A stretch of DNA of 36,529 nt. Origin: a virus (taxonomy: Duplodnaviria > Caudoviricetes). A program made the translations under genes and the position numbers. This document shows, piece after piece, positions 31,893-36,529 of this stretch (position 1 is the first letter of the stretch; each line of letters opens with the position of its first letter). The notes under the pieces are model-generated. The model was not told the DNA's origin. It searched no databases and saw nothing but the letters and a program-made list of their open reading frames with translations. The stretch is taken from positions 1 through 36,529 of IMG/VR virus record IMGVR_UViG_3300020045_004911. One strand, 5' to 3'.

Positions 31893-33050
31893 ATGCACAT
31901 TCAGCCATACGCAGACAATGCGAAGAAGCACCCAAAGTCGCAAATAGAACAAATAGCCAAGTCAATCGAACGCTTTGGAATGAACCAACCTATTGTTATA
32001 GATAACAAAGGCATTATTATTGTCGGTCATGGCCGTTATCAAGCCCTCCAACACTTAGGCTGGGAAATAAAAGACGAATATATAAAACAACTAGACAATC
32101 TAACCCCTCAAGAGGTAAACGCCTACCGCCTAGCGGATAACAAACTAAACGAATCAGACTGGGAGATGGACTTGGTAATAGAAGAACTTCGAAGCCTAGA
32201 CGACCCTGAACTACAACTCCTCACCGGCTTTGACATGGACTTACTCCTGGAACCAGAAGAAGCTGATGACGCTGTACCTGACACCCCAGAGGAACCAAAA
32301 TCAAAGCTAGGAGACCTATACCAACTCGGACCACACCGAGTCCTTTGTGGTGATAGTACCAAGCTAGAGGATGTAGAACGGCTTATGGATGGGAAGAAGG
32401 CTGACATGGTATTCACCGACCCTCCTTATGGTATGTCTGTGGTCAAAAACAATAAGGTTGGGGCAGATTTTGGAGTTGCTAAAAAGGGTAGTTATTCAGA
32501 AGTTATTGGTGATGACACTTTGGAAGTAGCAGAAGATTTTTACAATTTATGTGTATCTTTAGATTACAAAAGATATATAATATGGGGTGGTAACTACTTT
32601 ATGAAGTTTCTACCTCTGTCTACTGGTTGGATTATTTGGGATAAAAGGGGCGATACAGGCATTCGAAACACTTTCGCTGATGGTGAAATGGCTTGGACTA
32701 ATTTTCAAAAACAAGTTCGTATCTATAAACAACTGTGGAATGGCATGATTAGGGAAGGAGAGAAAGACAAACGACTTCACCCTACCCAAAAGCCAATCAA
32801 GATACTCAGTGACATTTTACTGGAATATACAACTAACACAGAAGTTATTTTGGATGCCTTTCTCGGTTCAGGCTCTACCTTAATAGCTTGTGAAAAAACA
32901 GGTCGTACCTGTTACGGATTAGAGTTAGACCCAAAGTACGTAGATGTAATAGTACAAAGATACGTTGACTACGTAGACAACCCTATGGTAGTTTTAGATG
33001 GTAAAGATGTAACATCACTATGGACAAAAACAATGTCGAAAACAAAGTAA
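31893..33050 (+). CDS. ParB-like N-terminal domain fused to N6/N4 DNA methyltransferase
   Basis: PYADNAKKH, IIVGHGR, YRLADNK; DPPY, HPTQKP, DAFLGSGSTLIA, ELDPKY. TAGATA-17-TATTAT ends 7 nt before ATG 31893. Confidence 0.92.
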   Translation: MHIQPYADNAKKHPKSQIEQIAKSIERFGMNQPIVIDNKGIIIVGHGRYQALQHLGWEIKDEYIKQLDNLTPQEVNAYRLADNKLNESDWEMDLVIEELRSLDDPELQLLTGFDMDLLLEPEEADDAVPDTPEEPKSKLGDLYQLGPHRVLCGDSTKLEDVERLMDGKKADMVFTDPPYGMSVVKNNKVGADFGVAKKGSYSEVIGDDTLEVAEDFYNLCVSLDYKRYIIWGGNYFMKFLPLSTGWIIWDKRGDTGIRNTFADGEMAWTNFQKQVRIYKQLWNGMIREGEKDKRLHPTQKPIKILSDILLEYTTNTEVILDAFLGSGSTLIACEKTGRTCYGLELDPKYVDVIVQRYVDYVDNPMVVLDGKDVTSLWTKTMSKTK

Positions 33051-33370
33051 GACCACAGAATAAGCACCTCAAGCCTTTACAGAAAGGAGAGACAGCTAAT
33101 CCTAATGGCAGACCGCTAGGTCAACGTAACTACGCTACTATTTACCGTGATGCTTTAATAAAGATAGCCGCGTCACAAAACAAGACTCCAGAAGAAATAG
33201 AAACTCTAATGTTAGAAGCAGGTATTAAACATTCTATTAAAGGTAACCAGAAGTTCCATGCCTATATGATGGACAAGATACACGGCAAGACCCCAGAGAA
33301 GCACGAAGTGTCCCTTACTGTAGAACCTAATCAACGTCTAAAAGACTTAACCAAGAAACTCAATGGATGA
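33020..33370 (+). CDS. terS: Terminase small subunit (putative)
   Basis: KGETANPNGRP motif, directly upstream of TerL. Confidence 0.7.
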   Translation: MDKNNVENKVRPQNKHLKPLQKGETANPNGRPLGQRNYATIYRDALIKIAASQNKTPEEIETLMLEAGIKHSIKGNQKFHAYMMDKIHGKTPEKHEVSLTVEPNQRLKDLTKKLNG

Positions 33371-35081
33371 AACCTACACCATTGATGGAGAAGAATACAC
33401 AGCCGCTGAGTTAGTGGAAGCAGCTAACTTAATGCCATATACATGGACTCTGCAAAACGAGATAAAGAACGAAGTAGGCCTACCATTAGACTTTGATAAG
33501 AGACCATGGCTAGTATCTATCTACAACGACCTAAGCCCCCGCCAAGCCTTCTTAAAGCCACCTCAAATTGGTGCTACCGTAATGAATACCCTTAAATCCC
33601 TATGGGTAGCTAAAAACCTCCGTAGACAGATAATCTATACTCTACCTACTCAAGGAGACGTACAAGACATGGTAGGTGGTTCGTTCAACCGTATCATTGC
33701 TCAAAACCCTATACTAATGGACTGGGTCCGTGACCATGACACGGTAGAGCAAAAGAGTGTAGGCGAATCAATGATATTCTACCGAGGTACGTTTACCTCC
33801 AAGCAAGCCATGATGATTCCCTCCGGGCTTAATATCCACGATGAGGTAGACGCATCTGATCCTAACGTTATTGTGCAGTATGAGAACCGCCTCCAAGCCC
33901 AAGAAGATGGTGGCTGGCGGTGGTACTTTAGTCACCCCAGCCTATCAGGCCATGGGGTAGACGTATACTGGCAGCAGTCAGATAAGAAAGAGTGGCATAT
34001 CACCTGTTCTAAGTGTGATACAGAACAAGTAATGCAATGGCCCCAAAACGTAGATATTGAAGGCCAACGGTTTATCTGTAGCCACTGTAAACAAACATTG
34101 AGTGAAGAGGATAGAGCCTTTAAAGGCAGGTGGAAGAACCAAGACGGGGTAGTCTGGACAGGTGAAATAGACGGAGACTATGAGTTTTCAGGCTGGCACG
34201 TCTCCCAGCTAATGCTCTACAACAAGACAGCTATCCAGATAATCAATGCCTACCAAGACCCCCTAAAGGACAAACAGTACTTTTATAACTACGTACTAGG
34301 ACTTCCTTACGTAGACTCAGATGACCGAATTGACCCAGCAGTGGTGCTCCGTAACTGTGTAGATATAGTAAATGACCAGACAGACAGAATAGTTATCGGA
34401 GCCGACACCGGGCATGGTATCCATTTCGTGTGTATGAATAAACAAGGAGTATTCTACTACGAGCATGACCATGAAATAACTGCTTCTCGCACCCCCTATG
34501 ACCGTGTTAAAGAACTACTAAAGCGTTGGCCTAAGTCAGTAGCGGTCTTTGACCAAGGGGGTGACCTTATTGGTGTACGACAGCTCCAGACAGAGTACCC
34601 GGGTAGAGTATTCCTATGCTTCTACAACAAGGACAGAAAGAGTATTGAACCTATAGAGTGGGGCAGTAACGATGAGTACTGGAAGGTACGAGTAGATCGT
34701 AACCGTATGATGACCCTGTGTGTGGAACAATTACGAGACACCGGCCGGATTATCCTTAATGGTACGAAAGACGAGTGGTCAGAGTTTGCAGCTATGTTTG
34801 GCAATATGTACCGTGAGAAGATAGTAGCCAAAGAACAAAAGGGAAAAGATGACCGGACACTCTATGGCTCTGAGTATGTGTGGAAGCGCAACGGCCCTGA
34901 CCACTTCGCCCACGCTTTCTTATACGCAATGGTAGGTATGCAACGGTTTGGTGGCGGTGAAGCTAAAGTACTAGGTGACAATGTCTACACTGGTATGCAG
35001 TCGGGGAGAATTGTAGAAGCACAAGTTATCAACAGTTTTGCTCCCGGTTCTTTTACAAAAGATAATCAAGTGTTATTATAA
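33363..35081 (+). CDS. terL: Terminase large subunit (lambda gpA-like)
   Basis: KPPQIGAT (Walker A variant), IHDEVD, SHPS, CSKC/CSHC Zn ribbon, FYNYVLGLPY, IGADTG and DHFAHA. Confidence 0.9.
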   Translation: MDETYTIDGEEYTAAELVEAANLMPYTWTLQNEIKNEVGLPLDFDKRPWLVSIYNDLSPRQAFLKPPQIGATVMNTLKSLWVAKNLRRQIIYTLPTQGDVQDMVGGSFNRIIAQNPILMDWVRDHDTVEQKSVGESMIFYRGTFTSKQAMMIPSGLNIHDEVDASDPNVIVQYENRLQAQEDGGWRWYFSHPSLSGHGVDVYWQQSDKKEWHITCSKCDTEQVMQWPQNVDIEGQRFICSHCKQTLSEEDRAFKGRWKNQDGVVWTGEIDGDYEFSGWHVSQLMLYNKTAIQIINAYQDPLKDKQYFYNYVLGLPYVDSDDRIDPAVVLRNCVDIVNDQTDRIVIGADTGHGIHFVCMNKQGVFYYEHDHEITASRTPYDRVKELLKRWPKSVAVFDQGGDLIGVRQLQTEYPGRVFLCFYNKDRKSIEPIEWGSNDEYWKVRVDRNRMMTLCVEQLRDTGRIILNGTKDEWSEFAAMFGNMYREKIVAKEQKGKDDRTLYGSEYVWKRNGPDHFAHAFLYAMVGMQRFGGGEAKVLGDNVYTGMQSGRIVEAQVINSFAPGSFTKDNQVLL

Positions 35082-35124
35082 AAACAATTTCCGGCATTCA
35101 GCTTAATAAATATATTTAGCATAC

Positions 35125-36529
35125 ATGGCTGATGAGACTAACCCATTCTCCTTAAATGTGAGAGGGGTGACAGACTTGGTGGAAAACCAAACTAATAAAA
35201 CCCCTGCTGGGAGTGGTGATTCTGTTGAAGGTGCGACAGGAGAAAAGTATGACGCTTTAGATATATCAATGTCTGATGACGAATTGTTGAGACTCCGTAA
35301 AGATATTGAAGATAGATATGCAACCTATGAAGTAAAGTTCCAACAATGGTCGAAGCGAAACCTTGAGAGTTACTTGGGCAAGAAGAAGGACGGCCAGTGG
35401 TTGGTAGAGGGTGGCCCAATTGCAGCGAACCTTCAGTTTGAGGCTGAAGAAACATTCTTATCAGCAGCCCTAGCCAAGAACCCAGAGCCGGTAGTGTGGA
35501 GTGATAACACAGAAGAGGGTAATGCTCTAGCTACTTCTGTTAAAACAATGCTGGCCTTTCATAGTGACCAGCTTGTTTTAAAAAGGAAACTAGCAATGGT
35601 GGTGCGCCAGTGGTCTATCTACCACTTGGGTGTACTTAAATACGGCTGGAATACCATCCCCACCCCAGACGGTAGAGACTTAGGTGACGTAGATATTGCT
35701 AACCGCCGTATACAAAACTTTGTCTTTGACCCTGAAGGGTACGTAGATGCTTACGGAGACTTTATTGGAACGCTTGGTGAACGAGTGGAAGTAACTGCCG
35801 ACAAGTTGATTGAGATGTTCCCGAAGCATAAGGAATATATTATTCTCCAAACAGACGGAAAGCTCGGAACAAAGGTGACATATACGGAGTGGTGGTCGGC
35901 TGATGGTACGTTCACCTTCTGTACCTTTAAAGACAAAGTTCTAGATAAACACAAGAACCAGTACTTCAAGTATGAGGAGCCTGAGGTTAATGTCTTAACA
36001 GGAGAGCCAGTGATTGGTGATGACGGCCAACCAGTAATGAAGCAAAACCTAAACCACTTTGCGGCCCCCAAGAAAACATACACATTCTACTCGGTATTCT
36101 CCCTTCAAGAACAGCCCCATGACATTACTGGCTTGATTGAGCAGAACATTGCTAACCAGAACAAGATAGCTAACCGATCCGAACAGATTGATTACAACGT
36201 CTCAGCGTCAAATAACGGTTACGCCTACTCAGAGGACAATTTCAATCAAGAAACAGCTAAGCAAGCTAGTGCTGCGAGACGTAAAGGTAACCCTATCCTT
36301 GTACCATCAGGTGGTCCAATTGACCGCGCTATTCTACCCCTACCGGCCCAAGACCTTCCAGCCGCCATCTTTAATGAGGTAGAAATAACTAAGAACGACC
36401 TCCGTCAATCGTGGGGTATTCAGGGTATCACCGCCCAGCAACCAGACGAAGACCAAACCGCTAGAGGCATGATTATCAACCAATCAAGCGACACCTCACG
36501 TATTGGTGGTGGGATTGGTGACTCTCTAG
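35125..36529 (+). CDS. Portal protein (P22-like), 3' truncated; not in ORF track
   Basis: Frame 1 is open from MADETNPFS to the window end, with NPEP, GVLKYGW, FVFDP, Q..I and TARGM motifs. Follows TerL. Confidence 0.85.
   Translation, partial: MADETNPFSLNVRGVTDLVENQTNKTPAGSGDSVEGATGEKYDALDISMSDDELLRLRKDIEDRYATYEVKFQQWSKRNLESYLGKKKDGQWLVEGGPIAANLQFEAEETFLSAALAKNPEPVVWSDNTEEGNALATSVKTMLAFHSDQLVLKRKLAMVVRQWSIYHLGVLKYGWNTIPTPDGRDLGDVDIANRRIQNFVFDPEGYVDAYGDFIGTLGERVEVTADKLIEMFPKHKEYIILQTDGKLGTKVTYTEWWSADGTFTFCTFKDKVLDKHKNQYFKYEEPEVNVLTGEPVIGDDGQPVMKQNLNHFAAPKKTYTFYSVFSLQEQPHDITGLIEQNIANQNKIANRSEQIDYNVSASNNGYAYSEDNFNQETAKQASAARRKGNPILVPSGGPIDRAILPLPAQDLPAAIFNEVEITKNDLRQSWGIQGITAQQPDEDQTARGMIINQSSDTSRIGGGIGDSL

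Noticed and set aside
1-36529. Stop-codon reassignment
   Set aside because: Long conserved genes are intact in code 11, and TAA, TAG and TGA all terminate coupled genes.
1-36529. Integrated prophage with host flanks (recA, groEL and khpA as host genes)
   Set aside because: These genes are divergent and translationally coupled to phage ORFs. No integrase, att site or host synteny such as rpsP-khpA is visible.

Overview
This window is most of the genome of a tailed dsDNA phage with podovirus-like (P22-type) organisation, read in the standard genetic code. It opens just downstream of the capsid gene, which is absent, and ends inside the portal gene. Gene order: head/tail structural genes and fibres (0.1-12.2 kb); ejection proteins, one with a lysozyme-like domain (12.3-15.6 kb); M15 endolysin plus holin; a leftward arm of small accessory genes and an SSB (16.6-22.2 kb); a rightward arm with an RHH regulator, RecA, an iteron-containing replication initiator, a DnaB-like ATPase, a CHC2 Zn finger, a NinG-like nuclease, a KhpA-like KH protein, GroES and GroEL; a tRNA-like RNA; then ParB-methyltransferase, TerS, TerL and portal. 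Almost all genes lack Shine-Dalgarno (SD) sites and several promoters appear leaderless, which suggests (inference only) a Patescibacteria/CPR-like host. The most unusual signals are non-coding. (1) A three-gene SD-led micro-operon ends in a start-less 15-nt complement of the 16S rRNA 3' tail. (2) A 150-nt tRNA-shaped RNA has a multi-hairpin core. (3) An attenuator-like switch precedes the replication initiator. (4) A 28/29-bp inverted repeat brackets the replication-chaperonin module. (5) DnaA-box-like motifs sit at most promoters. (6) A leaderless antisense membrane gene overlaps an ejection-protein gene. The first 121 bp duplicate an internal segment and are probably an assembly artefact. 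All calls are by eye from motifs and synteny; no database searches or folding programs were run.
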